Shown here: piece by piece, positions 14,773 through 32,513 of the stretch
Layout: each line of letters starts with the position of its first letter
Position numbering within the stretch: the first letter of the stretch is position 1
Assembly: GCF_009914755.1 (NCBI RefSeq)
Contig: NC_060944.1
From: the human T2T-CHM13v2.0 reference genome, Homo sapiens
DNA length: 64,000 nucleotides
Strand: one strand, 5' to 3'
Program-made: the position numbers and the translations under genes
Notes under the pieces: generated by a model
What the model saw: only the letters and a program-made list of their open reading frames with translations
The model's database searches: none
Told to the model about the DNA's origin: nothing

Positions 14773-17304
14773 TTAGCCAAGCATGGTAGCATGCTCCTGT
14801 AGTCCCAGCTACTCAGGAGGCCGAGATAGGAGGCTCGCTTGAGCCCAGGAGAGGCTGCAGTGAGCTGTGATCACACCACTGCATTCCAGCCTGGGTGACA
14901 GAGAGACCTTGTCTCCAAAAAAAAAAAAAAAAAAAAAAACAAGAAAAGGATTATACACTATGACACTATGACAAAGTGGAATTTATCCCAGGAATGTAAG
15001 GTTGGTTCAACATATGAAAATCAATATAATACACCATATCAATAGAATAAAGGACAAAAGCCAAAAGCCACACGGTCATCTCAACAGATGCAGAAAAAGC
15101 GTTTGGAAAAAAAAACCCAAAACACTTTCATGATAAAACAATCAACAAGGAATAGAAGAGAACTTCTTCAGCCTGATAAAGGGCTTTTATTAAAAAACCC
15201 ACAGCTAGCATCACGCTTAACAGTGAAGACTAAATGCTTTCCCATTAAGATGAGGAAAAAGACAAAGATGTCCACTCTCGCCACTTCAATTTAACATTGT
15301 ACTGAGTGTTCTAAGGCAACTAGAGAAAAATAAAAAAAGAAATTAAAGGCACCCAAATTGGAAAGGAATAAGTAAAACTAACTATTTACAGATGTCACAA
15401 TCTAGAATACAGAAAATTCCTAAAGAATCCACTCAAAAAAACTATTAGAGCCAATAAGCAAGAGTTCAGCAAGATTTCACGATATGTGATCAATATACAT
15501 AAATCAACTGTATTTCTAAAATTGTAGCAAGAAGCAAAAAAAACTGGAATTATGAAAACAATTCCATTTAAAGGAGCATCAAAAACAGTAAAAACACTTA
15601 GAAATAAGTTTAACAAGTGCAAGACTTGTACAACAAAACATTTTTGAAAGAAATTAAAAACAATCTAAAAAAATGGAAAGCTATCTTGTAGTTCATGGAT
15701 CAGAAGATTTAATATTGTTAAGATGATAATACTCCCTAAATTCACCTACAAATTCAATGCAATCACTATCAAAATCTCAGCTGGCTTCTTTGCAGAAATT
15801 GGCAAGCTGATCCTGAAATTCACATGCAAATATAAGGGATGCATAACAGCCAAAACAATCTTGATCTGTAAATACAAAAATAAACCCGTGTCTATGATCA
15901 GTTGATTTTTGACAAGGTTGCCAAGACAATTCAATGATGAAAGAGTAGTTTTTTCAATAAGTGGTGCTGTGACAACTGGATAGTCACATGCAAAAGAATG
16001 AAACTGGACCCCTGCCTCACATGATAAACAAAGTCAATGCAAATGGATCAAAGATCTAAATGTAAGATACAAAATATAAAATTCTCAGAAGAATACATAG
16101 GTAAATCTTTGTGACCTTGGATTAGGAAATGGTTTCTTAGATGCACACCAATACCCAAGTAACAAAAGATAAAATGAACTTCATCAAAATTAAAGACTTT
16201 GTGTTTCAAAGGACACCATCAAGAGAGTGAAAAGACAGCTACTTAATGGGGGAAAATATTTGCAAATTACAAGGAATTAGTATCCAGAAACTAATACAAC
16301 TCAATAATAAAAAGACAACCCAATCAAGAAATGGAGAAAGCAGATGAACAGACATTTCTCCAAAAGTCCAATAATAAACAGATGATCAACATTAGTCATC
16401 AGGGAAATGCAAATCAAAACCACAATGAGATACCTCTTCATACCTACTACGATGGCTATAATGAAAAAGACAAATAGTAACTATTGGCAAAGATGTGGAG
16501 AAATTAGAACCTTCATACACTGCTGGTAGATATGTAAAATGGTGCAGCTGCTTCAGAAAGCAGTCTGGCAGATCCTTAAAAATTAAACAGAGTTACCAGC
16601 AACTCCACTTCTAGGTATATACCAAGGGAAATTTTTTAGTAAGACAATCTAATAGAAAATGAAAACACGTCCACCTAAAAATTTATATGCCAATGTTCAT
16701 GGCAGCATTATTAATCATAGCAGATTACTAATAATAGCCAAAAGTGGGAACAACCCAAATGTCCATCAACTGATGAATGGATAAATAAGATGTGGTCTAT
16801 CCATACAGTGGAATATTTCTTGACAATAAAAAGGAATGGAGTATTGATACACGTTATGACACGGATTAACCTTGAGAACATTATGTTAAGCAAAAGAAGC
16901 CAGTCACAAAAGACCACGTATTGTTATGACTCCATTTATGTGAAATGTCCAGAATAATTAAATCTATAAAGACAGAAAGTAGATTAGTGGTTGCCTAAGG
17001 ATGTGGGAGGGAGGCCTTGGGAGGAAATGGGGAGTGGCTACTGAAGAATATGGTGTTTCTTTTTTGGAGTGATGAAAATGTTTTAAAATCAATTGTGGTG
17101 ACAGTGGTATATAACTCTGACTATACTAAAAAACTGAATTATATCTTTTAATATATCTTTTAAATGGGTGACTTGTATGACATGAATTATATCTCAATAA
17201 AGCTATTATTTAAAACAATAAAACACCTCATGCTCAGTTATAGAAGCTAGACATAAAAAGCCACACAGTGGACGATTCTGTTGATATGAAATATCCGTAA
17301 CAGG

Positions 17305-17675
17305 TGATATGGTTTGGCTGTGTGCCCTCACCCAAATCTCACCTTCAATTGTAATAATCCTCATGTGTCAAGGGTGGGACCAGGTGGAGGTGACTGGATC
17401 ATGGAGGCAGGTCCCCCATGCTGTTCTCGTGATAACGAGGGAGTCTCATGAGATCTGATGATTTTATAAGTGTCTGGCATTTCCCCTGCTTGCACTCACT
17501 CTGTCCTGCTGCCCTGTGAAGAAGGTGCCTGCTTCTCCTTTGCCTTCTGCCATGATTGTGAGTTTCCTGAGGCCTCCCAGGCCACATGGAACTGTGAGTC
17601 AATTAAACCTCCTTCCTTTATAAACTACCCAGTCTCAGGTATTTCTTCATTGCAGCATGAGAACGGACTGACAGA
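17305..17675 (+). mobile_element. THE1 (MaLR) solo LTR
   Basis: Starts TGATATGGTTTGGCTGTGT; contains GGAACTGTGAGTCAATTAAACCTC; 5-bp TSD ACAGG at 17300-17304 and 17676-17680. Confidence 0.9.
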
Positions 17676-18035
17676 ACAGGCATATTATGGACATTATGGA
17701 TATTTCACAACAGGCATAATACAGACATAAAATAGATTAACGGCTGCCAGAGCTGGGGAGAAGGGGAGATGGGGAGTGACTGCTAATTTGTACAAGATTT
17801 CTTTTTGGCGTGATAAAAATGTTCTGGTTATCACTGCACAATACTGATGGGTGGTTACAAGAATTAACTTTATGTAAATTATATTTCAATAAAGCTGTTA
17901 TTGCTGGGGAGGCAGGGTGGCTCGTGCCTATAATCCCAGCTACTGAAGAAGGTGAGGCAGGAAGATCATTTGAGACCAGGAGTTGGAGACTGCCTAAGGA
18001 ACAAAGCAAGACCCCCATATCTCTAACAAATATTA

Positions 18036-18251
<216 letters not shown>

Positions 18252-20879
18252 TTAATATAAACAGAAAAAAATAAATGTTAGAAAGGAATACTCCCGAATC
18301 TTAACAGTGGTTGAATTTTGGTGACAAGTCCCAAGACAGTTTTTCACATTTTCCTTGACAAACACCTTTTCCTTTTAAAATGAGAAAAATTAGGACCTTT
18401 GTTTTCCAAAAAAGTCCAATTTTCACTTAAAGCATTTAAAAATTATCTATATGCTGAGAATATGACTAAGCCCATATGTTTAAAGACATTCCTTATATAC
18501 GTATTTATTTTTTATTATTGTTTAAATCAAGCTAGGAGCTACCCCAGAACAAAAAGAAAAATTCTTCCTTAGCCCCTTCTAGCTATAGGCCAATACTTAG
18601 GCAGCATGTCCAAGACACCTCAAGCCAAATGAAGAAGGAAGATTCCATAGCATTTTTTAAATTAAAAAGCCAGCAGGCAAATCTTTGAGACTAGACAGTT
18701 CAGCTTGAGGGTCTGAGAAAGCCTCTGCTCATCTCAAACCAGCAACAAATCTTTAGAAAGTAATTCACATGCCATGAGATTGCTCGTGGCATGAATGTGA
18801 CACTATAATTCAACATCCTGAATTAAGAGAGATGTGTTATTTTAGCTTAAAGCAGCAGATTAAAAATAAAAATCCTAAACTACTACACCACAGATTGTCA
18901 ATTCTAGAGAAGCACTGGGCTCAGCTTTCTGCACATCTGTATTTATTGTTAACTGCACTTGCAGGAGGGAAAAGAAAGAAGTCTCATGACTTGAGGCAAC
19001 AATGAAAACTGCCCTGAACATATGCCTGCTTTGCTTTGTATAATAGAGACCTAAGGTCATCCTCTAGAAAAGGTGAAGTAATTATTATACAGTATATAAC
19101 CATTTTATAGCCTGTTTTCATCATGAATTTTCCCATATTACTATAACTTTAACATTATATTAACAACTTCATAAAATTCAACAAAATAGATAGAATAACC
19201 ATTATCTTCTCCTGGTAGATAGTCATTACAAATAATGTTACACCTAACGGTCTTGGTATACACAAGCTTTATCTCATTTTGACTTACGTCTTCATCAGAG
19301 TCACAGAAATGGAAACAACAGGGCAAAATGAGTAGTAATGTTTAAAGCTCTGAAGTATACTACACCAATTCTTCTCAAAAGAGATCACATTCATCCAAGT
19401 AAGACGTAAGATGCTCAAGTGCATAGAATGTATTTAAAATAAATTAACTTCAAATGGAAGATAGACTATGTCAGTGAATAAAAGTTCCTGAATGCCAAGC
19501 AATGGCTTACACCTGGCCCACAATTACTGAAAAGCTGGAAGATTTTTACCTACAAATCTAGATTTCCCATAACCTCTCAGGGAAACACTCAATGGGAGAG
19601 GAAGAGTCATTTCCTCCATAAAAGCAGGCACACACTCTCTAGCCCAAAACATTCCCCATACTCATTTAATTTATGCAGATGAGCTTGCTCTGGGTCTGCT
19701 TCACTCCACTTAGTTACATACTTCACATCTGCTTTGTAAACTCTAAGACACACTTTTCACAGTCATGTTATGGATAGGGTCAGGCTGACAAGGAGTGATC
19801 CCACTGAGCTTTGGGCAGCATGACCAAGAGAGGCTTACTTTGGGTTCTTGCTAGTTATTAGCAGAGGAAGAAATAACAAGCTGTTTGGAAAATACTACCA
19901 GCAGCAGGACAGCAAGAGAGTTCACTAACAAATGCACCCAAACTGAAGGTCAGTGAGGTGCATAATTACTTAAGCAGGAGCCCATGTTTATAAAATGACT
20001 GGGATTCCTGGAGAAGCTGCCCTAACTCAAAGCAGGAAAGAAAAACCCCCACAAAATCAAGAACAGTTGATCCAAAGATGTCCGAAGATGGGATAGGCTC
20101 CTACTAGAGAGCCACATTTCCACTGCAAATAGACACAGGCTAGAGACCTACATTATTATTTTTCCTCCCATAAATACATCAGTTCTTACTAAGTAGATTT
20201 CTTGATGAAACAATTCAAAAGTAAAGGGTCTCTTGAGCTAGCCAAGTAAGTAAATGCCCTAGGACCACCGACACTGCTGTGGAGAGGGAATGCGGAGCAG
20301 CAGTTAAAGAAGAAAGGCTGTGGCTGATGCCATGCATGCAGATGTCACACTCAATCTTTACTTTACTGGAAAATGGTAGCTTTAAACAAAAGGAAACTTT
20401 AATAATTGAAGTATAACGTGATACCGCATAAAGAGTACAATTTTTTTTTTTGAGATGGGGTCTTGCTCTGTCACCCAGGCTGCAGTTCATGGTGCGATCT
20501 CGGCTCACTGTAGCCTCAACCTCCCGGACTCAACCAATCCTCCCACCCAGCCCCCATCAAGCAACTGGGACTGCAGGCCATGTGCTACCACAATCGGCTA
20601 ATTTTTTTAATTTTTAGTAGTGATGGGGTTTTGCCGTGTTGCCCAGGCTGGTCTCTAACTCCTCAACTCATGCAATCCGCCTGCTTCGGCCTCCTAAAGT
20701 GCTGGGATTACAGGCATGAGTCACTGTACCTGGCCATGAGTATAAATTGCACATGTAGTTTTACACACTGAACACCATTCCTGTACAATCGCCACATAGA
20801 TCAAGATAAAGACTAACCATAATACCCAGAAATGCCCTCTTCCTCATGTTCACTTCAGGTAATGGGGTTAAGGGCAGAT

Positions 20880-22860
20880 ATCTAGGGGAGCAAAGTCAGA
20901 TCCTAACCCCTCAGTCATTACACCAAAATAAACTTCAAATGATGCAAAAATTTAAACATACACAATAAAAACTGTAAAATATTAGAAGGAAATAGGCATG
21001 GTTTAAATCCAACAGTGGGAAAGGCATGAACCAAAACTCTGAAGCCATTATAGTAAAACACTGATCAATCTGACAATCTAAAAATTAAACATTTCTAATT
21101 TTAAAATAACATCAAAATTTAATTCTCAAAATAGTAAAAAAACACAAATGACAAAGGCCTTTAAAAAATCAAAAGCACTTACAGATCAATAAGAAAACGG
21201 ACAAATAATCAAATCGAAAAAGGTGCAAAACAGAAAACTGGCAGAAAAGGAACTACTTATAAACACAAGAAAAAATATCCAATCTCAGTCATAGAAGAGT
21301 GAATTTTAAAAACTATGCAGAGAATTTATAAAGAACTCTTACAACACAATATTCAAAAGAGATATATCTCAACTAAGAAATTGAAAAAGGAGAGACAGAC
21401 ATTTCTCCAAGGAAGATATACAAATGACAAACTCAAGAATAAGATGGTCATCATTGGCAATCAGAGAAATTCAAATCAAGACCACAATGAGATGTCTCTT
21501 CACACTCACTAGAATGGCTGTAATCATTACAGGGCTGGAGCGGGGGCTCATGCTTGTAATCCCAGCACTTTGGGAGGCCAAGGCTGGGGGACTGTTTGAG
21601 TCCGGGAGTTTGAGACCAGTCTGGGCAACAAAGCAAAACGCCATCTCAGTACTTTTTTTTTAAATTTTAAAACACTTTCAAAATGACAGATAACAAGTGT
21701 TGGCAAGGATACAGAAAAACTGAAACCCTTATACACTGCTGGTGGCAATGTAAAATGGCAGGGCCTCTTGGAAAACATTCTGGCAGTTCCTCAAACAATT
21801 AAACATAGAGTTACCCCATATGACCCAGCAACTCTATTCCTAGGTATGTATATGCCTGAGAGAAATGAAAACATGTCCACAAAGAACCTGTGCAAGAATG
21901 TTTATAGCACTGTTATTCATAATAGCAAAAAGACGGAGGCAATCCAAATGCCTCTCAACAAATAAAAAATGTGGCATATCCACACTGTGAAACATCATTT
22001 GACCATAAAAATGAGTGTTGATACATGCTACAACACAGATGAATCTAGAAATCATTACGCTAAGTGAAAAGAAGCCAGTCACAAAAGACCACATATTATA
22101 TAACTAAATTTATACAAAACGTCCACGACAGAGAAATCTATAGAGACAAAAAGTATACTAGTGTGGGGAGAGGGGGAGGAGGTGGTAGAGGTAGGGGAGT
22201 GCTAGATAAAACACATGGAGTTTCTTTTTTGAGGTGATGAAAATGCTCTAAAGTTGACTGTGGTGATGGTTGCACATATCTGCAAATATACTAAGAACCA
22301 CTGAATTGTGTACTTCAAATGGGTGAAATGTATGGTATGTGAACCATATCTTAATAAAGCTGATTAAAAAAAACTATGGAAAAATATCACTTTTCTCATA
22401 ACTGCTTAGTAAATACTTAAAATACACTGTTTGTGGAAGGGGGCTTCTGGGTACTGGTAATGTTCTATTTCCTAATTTGGGTGGTAGTGCAAAAGTGAAT
22501 GTATTTTGTGGTAATTATTGGTGTACTTTTCTGTATGAAGGTTATACTTCAGTAACAAAGTCTATAAAAATACACACATAAACACAGTATGTTGGTGATG
22601 GTATGGGTAAACAGACGCTCATACTTTGTTCCTGGGGATATAAACTGACAAAACTTCTTAGGTAGGTAAACTTCAGATTTATAAACAATAAAAAACATAC
22701 GTTCTTGTTCCAAAGGTATATACTCACATGTATACAAAAATATGTAAAAGATCTTTACTGCAACCTTGTCTGTAAGAGAAATGGTGTGGAAAAATTATAA
22801 ATGCCAGTCAACTGGGGCCTGGGTAAATAAATTATGGCACAATCACACCAGGAAACACTA
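20880..22860 (+). mobile_element. Old L1M 3' fragments with an Alu monomer insertion
   Basis: [11 protein letters not shown]-type ORF2 C-terminus and L1MB-type 3' end near 22360. Confidence 0.8.
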
Positions 22861-23275
22861 ACCATTTAATTTTTTTTTGAGAGCTCATCACCCAGGCTAG
22901 AGTGCAGTGGTATGATCTTGGCTCACGGCAACCTCTGCCTCCCGGCTTCAAGCAATTCTCCTGCCTCAGCCTCCTGAGTAGCTGGGATTACAAGTGCCTG
23001 CCACCGTGCCCATCTAATTTTGGTATTTTTAGTAGAGACAGGGTTTCACCATCTTGGACAGGTTGGTCTCGAACTCCTGACCTCATAATCCACCTGCCTT
23101 GGCCTCCCAAAGTGCTGGGATTACAGGCGTGAGCCACTGCGCCCGGCCTAAAATTGTTTTAATTAAAAAAAAAAAAAGAAGAAGAAAGAAGATACAGAAT
23201 AGTGTAGCCGTGTATATGGTATATCACTCTATGTGGGGAGAAAATAAACTAAGGTGGAGGTGGTGGGGAATATTT

Positions 23276-23310
23276 ACACACACACACACACAACACACAC
23301 ACACACACAC
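23276..23310. repeat. Interrupted (AC)n microsatellite about 320 bp into intron 3
   Basis: Direct reading. Confidence 0.9.
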
Positions 23311-23631
23311 AAAAAAAAACAACAAAACATCTTAAGCAGGACACACAAGAAACTAGTAATCACAACTGGTTCTGAGGAGGGGACACTGGGAAATTTAGAG
23401 ATGTACTTTTCACTTAGTATTTTTTTAAAAAGGTATACACCAATTTAAATAAATGAATTCTTCTGAAGTAAAAACTATGCTGCTTCAACATGTAAATGCC
23501 GCTAAGCTTCTAAAAGTTAAAATCTGAAATGTTATAAATTCTGAAATCTTTCCTATCTCCCATTTCAAAAGTTAAATTCCCAAACCATTAAGCAGTAGTA
23601 ACAGCAGTAGTAATAATAAATAGCTACTTAC

Positions 23632-23748
23632 ATCAACACCTCCAAACAAGTCAAAAATATAAGTATTTGGATAAGTGGTTTCTTGGGTAAGTTTCCTCTC
23701 TTCAGTAACAAATGCCATAGCCTCCATGGAGAGAAGAGGAGAAATTTC
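23632..23748 (-). CDS. TRPC4AP: TRPC4AP coding exon 3 (EISPLLSMEAMAFVTEERKLTQETTYPNTYIFDLFGGVD)
   Basis: Acceptor aactag|GAA, donor GAT|gtaagt; 117 nt, phase 0/0; open in frame. Confidence 0.96.
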
Positions 23749-23859
23749 CTAGTTTTTTTAAAAAAAAGTACATACATTGTTTTAGTAACCAACACAGACC
23801 AGACACTAAAGCATCAGTTTGAGCTTTAGTCCCAACTGGAGTTCCCATGAACACAAAGA

Positions 23860-24607
23860 CAGTCCCCAATGAACCACACTTCCTAGTATTCAGGCCCCTG
23901 TAAAGCCCCTTCTCACACTAAATCTGGGCTGGTATGACACACCTCAACTAACAGCATGTGGTAGAAGTGACACTAGGCCACTTCCAGCACAAGCCTTAAG
24001 AAAGCCAGGCTCACACCTGTAATCCCAGCACTTTGGGAGGCTAAGGTGGGCGGATTACTTGAGGCCAGGAGTTTGAGACCAGCCTGGCCAACATGGCAAA
24101 ACCCCATCTCTACTAAAAGTACAAAAATTAGCCGGATGTGGTGCTACACACCTGTAATCCCAGCTACTCAGGAATTTGAAGTACAAGAAGCACTTGAGCC
24201 ACGGAGGCAGACGTTGCAGTGAGCCAACATAGAGCCACTGCACTCCAGCCTCGGCAACAGAGGGAGACTCTGTCATTAAAAAAAAATAAAAAGCCTGACA
24301 GACTTCGCTCTTGCCATCCTGGAACCCAAACATCATGCTGTGAGAACACAGCCAATGGGGAGGCCATAAGGAGAAGAAATGAGGCCAAGAGCAACATCCT
24401 TAGTTGATCTCCAGCTGACAGCCAGCACCAACCTGCCAGGGATGTGAGAGAGACCATTTTGGACATTCCAGATATCTCAGTACCACCCTACCCAACAGCA
24501 CATGAAGCAGAGGAGCCACTCAGTCAACCAAGAATTGTTGACAGATAAATGATTCTTGTTACTTCCGGCTGCTAGGTTTCGGGGTGACTAGTTCTGTAGC
24601 AATAACC
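23860..24607 (+). mobile_element. MLT1-type MaLR LTR split by an Alu (24004-24290)
   Basis: MLT1-like segments (CCAGCTGACAGCCAGCACCAACCTGCCAG...GTGAG...CCATTTTGGACATTCCAG; terminal ...GTAGCAATAAC). Confidence 0.65.
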
Positions 24608-24710
24608 AAGTCACTGCTCAAATATAATCTCCTGCAGGAAGTCTTCTTGATTTCCCCCAACCAGAAGCATGCTCTTCAGACCCCCAAAACAATCTACAAC
24701 TCATTTGTAA

Positions 24711-25033
<323 letters not shown>

Positions 25034-25809
25034 AAACCTATGTTATTTCTTCCCTAGACTAAACGTTCCTTGAGGACAACACAAACAGATCCCACTTTGT
25101 ATTCCCCACAGATTCCAAGACAGAGTATTTGATACAGCACACATAGGGTAGTAGTTCTCAAACTGACGGCCACAGAATCCTTTGTTCATATGGAACAAAG
25201 CTAAGAGGAAAAAAAATCTTACAAGAAAACCTAAAACATAGTAAGTTTCAAATAAGTACTTACTTAATGAATAAAGAAATGATGATCACATAGCAAAGAT
25301 ATACAAATATTAATTTCCCTCCCCTTTAACTTCACCTCAATCTCCTGAGATTTTGCAAGAAGCAAATAATGTGCAACTCTTTGAAAAGCATTTTTAAACA
25401 AATTTAAGAAGCTATAATTATTTCTATCAGACTGTGAGATTCAAAATATGAAAATGTCTCTTCTTAAACGTAAAGACTAAGTTTAATTAGTTTCTATTAC
25501 ATTTTAAAATAACTTACTATGTGATATAATAATCAAAACTTCACCTCTGAAGAACACTGTCATTCAGTTTCATTACGTTCAATATAACTTACATGGTTTT
25601 TATTTATTTATTTTTGCTGTTTTTTATTTTATTATACTTTAAGTTCTAGGGTACATGTGCACAACATGCAGGTTTGTTACATATGTATACATGTGCCATG
25701 TTGGTGCGCTGTACCCATTAACTCGTCATTTATATTAGGTATATCTCCTAATGCTATCCCTCCCCCCTCCCCCCACCCCATGCCAGGCCCTGGTGTGTGA
25801 CGTTCCCCA

Positions 25810-29634
<3,825 letters not shown>

Positions 29635-29697
29635 TATGATGTTAGCTGGTTATTTTGCTCATTAGTTGATGCAGTTTCTCCCTAGCATCGAAGGTCT

Positions 29698-30723
29698 TTA
29701 CAATTTGGCATGTTTTTGCAGTAGTTGGTATCGGTTGTTCCTTTCCATGTTTAGCGCTTCCTTCAGGAGCTCTTGTAAGGCAGGCCTGGTGGTGACAAAA
29801 TCTCTCAGCATTTGCTTGTCTGTAAAGGATTTTACTTCTCCTTCACTTATGAAGCTTAGTTTGGCTGGATATGAAACTCTGGGTTGAAAATTCTTTTCTT
29901 TAAGAATGTTGAATATTGGCCCCCACTCTCTTCTGGCTTGTAGAGTTTCTGCCAAGAGAACCGCTGTTAGTCTGATGGGCTTCCCTTTGTGGGTAACCCG
30001 ACCTTTCTCTCTGGCTGCCCTTAATATTTTTTCCTTAATTTCAACTTTGGTGAATCTGACAATTATGTGTCTTGGAGTTCCTCTCCTCGAGGAGTATCTT
30101 TGTGGCGTTCTCTGTATTTCCTGAATTTGAATGTTGACCTGCCTTGCTAGATTGGGGAAGTTCTCCTGGATAATATCCTGAAGAGTGTTTTCCAACTTGG
30201 TTCCATTCTCCCCGTCACTTTCAGGTACACCAATCAGACGTAGATTTGGTCTTTTCACACAGTCCCATATTTCTTGGAGGCTTTGTTTGTTTCTTTTTAT
30301 TCTTTTTTCTCTAAACTTCTCTTCTCGCTTCATTTCATTCATTTGATCTTCAATCACTGATACCCTTTCTTCCACTTGATCGAATTGGCTACTGAAGCTT
30401 GTGCATGCGTCACGTAGTTTTCGAGCCATGGTGTTCAGCTCCATCAGGTCATTTAAGGTCTTTTCTATGCTGTTTATTCTAGTTAGCCATTCGTCTAATC
30501 TTTTGTCAAGGTTTTTAGCTTCTTTATGATGGGTTCAAACATCCTCCTTTAGCTCGGAGAAGTTTGTTATTACTGATCATCTGAAGCCTTCTTCTCTCAA
30601 CTCATCAAAGTCATTCTCCATCCAGCTTTGTTCCGTTGCTGGTGAGGAGCTGTGTTCCTTTGGAGGAGAAGAGGCGCTCTGATTTTTAGAATTTTCAGCT
30701 TTTCTGCTCTGGTTTCTCCCTAT
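29698..30723 (-). pseudogene. L1 ORF1p remnant
   Basis: Start codon is ATA instead of ATG (30721-30723); in-frame TGA at 30535-30537; the 3' 248 codons stay open (coiled coil-RRM-CTD, ...PALQELLKEALNMERNNRYQLLQKHAKL). Confidence 0.92.
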
Positions 30724-31298
30724 CTTTGTGGTTTTATCTACCTTTGGTCTTTGATGATGGTGACATACAGATGGGGTTTTGGTGTGGATGTCCTTTCTGT
30801 TTGTTAGTTTTCCTTCTAACAGTCAGGACCCTCAGCTGCAGGTCTGTCAGAGTTTGCTGGAGGTCCACTCCAGACCCTGTTTGTCTGGGTATCACCAGCA
30901 GAGGCTGCAGAACAGCAAATATTGCAGAACGGCAAATGCTGCTGCCTGATCCTTTCTCTGGAAGCTTCATCTCAGAGGGGCACCCGGCTGTATGAGGTGT
31001 CAGTCGGCCCCTACTGGGAGGTGTCTCCCAGTTAGGCTACTCAGGGGTCAGGGACCCACTTGAGGAGGCAGTCTGTCCGTTCTCAGATCTCAAACTCTGT
31101 GCTGGGAGAACCACTACTCTCTTCAAAGCTGTCAGACAGGGACATTTAAACCTGCAGAAGTTTCTGCTGCCTTTTGTTCAGCTATGCCCTGCTCCCAGAG
31201 GTGGAGTCTACAGAGGCAGGCAGGTCTCCTTGAGCTGCGGTGGGCTCCACTCAGTTCGAGCTTCCCGGCCGCTTTGTTTACCTACGCAAGTCTCAGCA

Positions 31299-31466
31299 GT
31301 TGTGGACACCCCTCCCCCTGCTTTGCTGCCACCTTGCAGTTTGATCTCAGACTGCTGTGCTAGCAGTGAGCAAGGCTCCGTGGGCATGGGACCCTCCAAG
31401 CCAGGCGCAGGATATAATCTCCCGCTGTGCCATTTGCTAAGGCCGTTGGAAAAGTGCAGTTATTAG
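31299..31466 (+). pseudogene. L1 antisense ORF0 remnant
   Basis: Translation PPPALLPPCSLISDCCAS...GPSKPGAGYNL resembles ORF0; start codon replaced by GTT and frame ends early. Confidence 0.7.
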
Positions 31467-31764
31467 GGTGGGAGTGTCCCGATTTTCTGGGTACCATCTG
31501 TCATGGCTTCCCTTGGCTAGGAAAGGGAATTCCCCCACCCCTTGCGACTCCCAGGTGAGGCAATGCCCCGCCCTGCTTCAGCTCACACTCCGTGGACTGC
31601 ACCCACTGTCTGACAAGCCCCAGTGAGATGAACCCGGTACCTCAGTTGGAAATGCAAAAATCACCTGTCTTAGGCATCGCTCATGCTGGGTACCATAGAC
31701 TGGAGCTGTTCCTATTTGGCCATCCTGGAACCGGACCCCCACTTACATGGGTTTTAACTGCATT

Positions 31765-31925
31765 AGAGCTGGTGCTCTAAATTCAAATTTAGATCCAAAC
31801 TACAGCTAAAGTTTAGATACTCCAGCCCTACTGAATCAGAATTTCAGGGGTGGGGCCCAGAACTCTGTGTTTTAACACGCTCTTCAGGTGATTCATAAAC
31901 ACACTCCAGTTTGAGAACAATTATC
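31765..31925. mobile_element. MER5-like DNA transposon
   Basis: CTACTGAATCAGAAT...GGGGTGGGGCCCAG...TTTTAACA...CAGGTGATTC...AGTTTGAGAAC. Confidence 0.7.
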
Positions 31926-32384
31926 CTAGCATAATGTCTCCGTGCTCTTTCCACTCATTTCCCAATCATCAAACCTGGCCCCTTCAATCTTCTTACGTTA
32001 GTAATAATATTCAACAACCATAAGGCCTCTTCCACGAGCCTTCAGCAGTATGTAATCTTCTAAACCCTTTTCAAAAAGAATGTCATCCCAATCACAGGAT
32101 AGTGTTGACCTCCCAAAATTAAGCAAGCACTGCCACAAAATAAACACACATAGAGCCCAAAAGGATAACACAGGGAACCTAATGGTGATTATCTTGGGAT
32201 GATGGGATTATAGGTGATGTATATTTTCTTCTTTGTACTTTTTCTGAATTTCTCAAATTTTCTATAGCTCACACAGTAAAAACAGGCTATTTTTAAAAGC
32301 CAACGGAAGGGAAAAAAAAAACAGCAGACATCTTGTGTCACCTAGAGGCCCTGAATACGCCCCTCCAAGGTCCTTAAGAGTTAC

Positions 32385-32513
32385 CTTGAGGATGTTTTGA
32401 CACTCAACAAAGTCACTGTGGAGGTGGCTGGTGGTGTGCAGCTTGAGGAGCAGCTGAGGAATTCCACTCCACTTGGATTGTTTGTCCCTCTCCGTCAAAA
32501 AAGTCTCAGTGAA
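32385..32513 (-). CDS. TRPC4AP: TRPC4AP coding exon 2 (FTETFLTERDKQSKWSGIPQ...ECQNILK)
   Basis: Acceptor ctcacag|TTC, donor AAG|gtaact; 129 nt, phase 0/0; continues the exon 1 frame. Confidence 0.97.
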
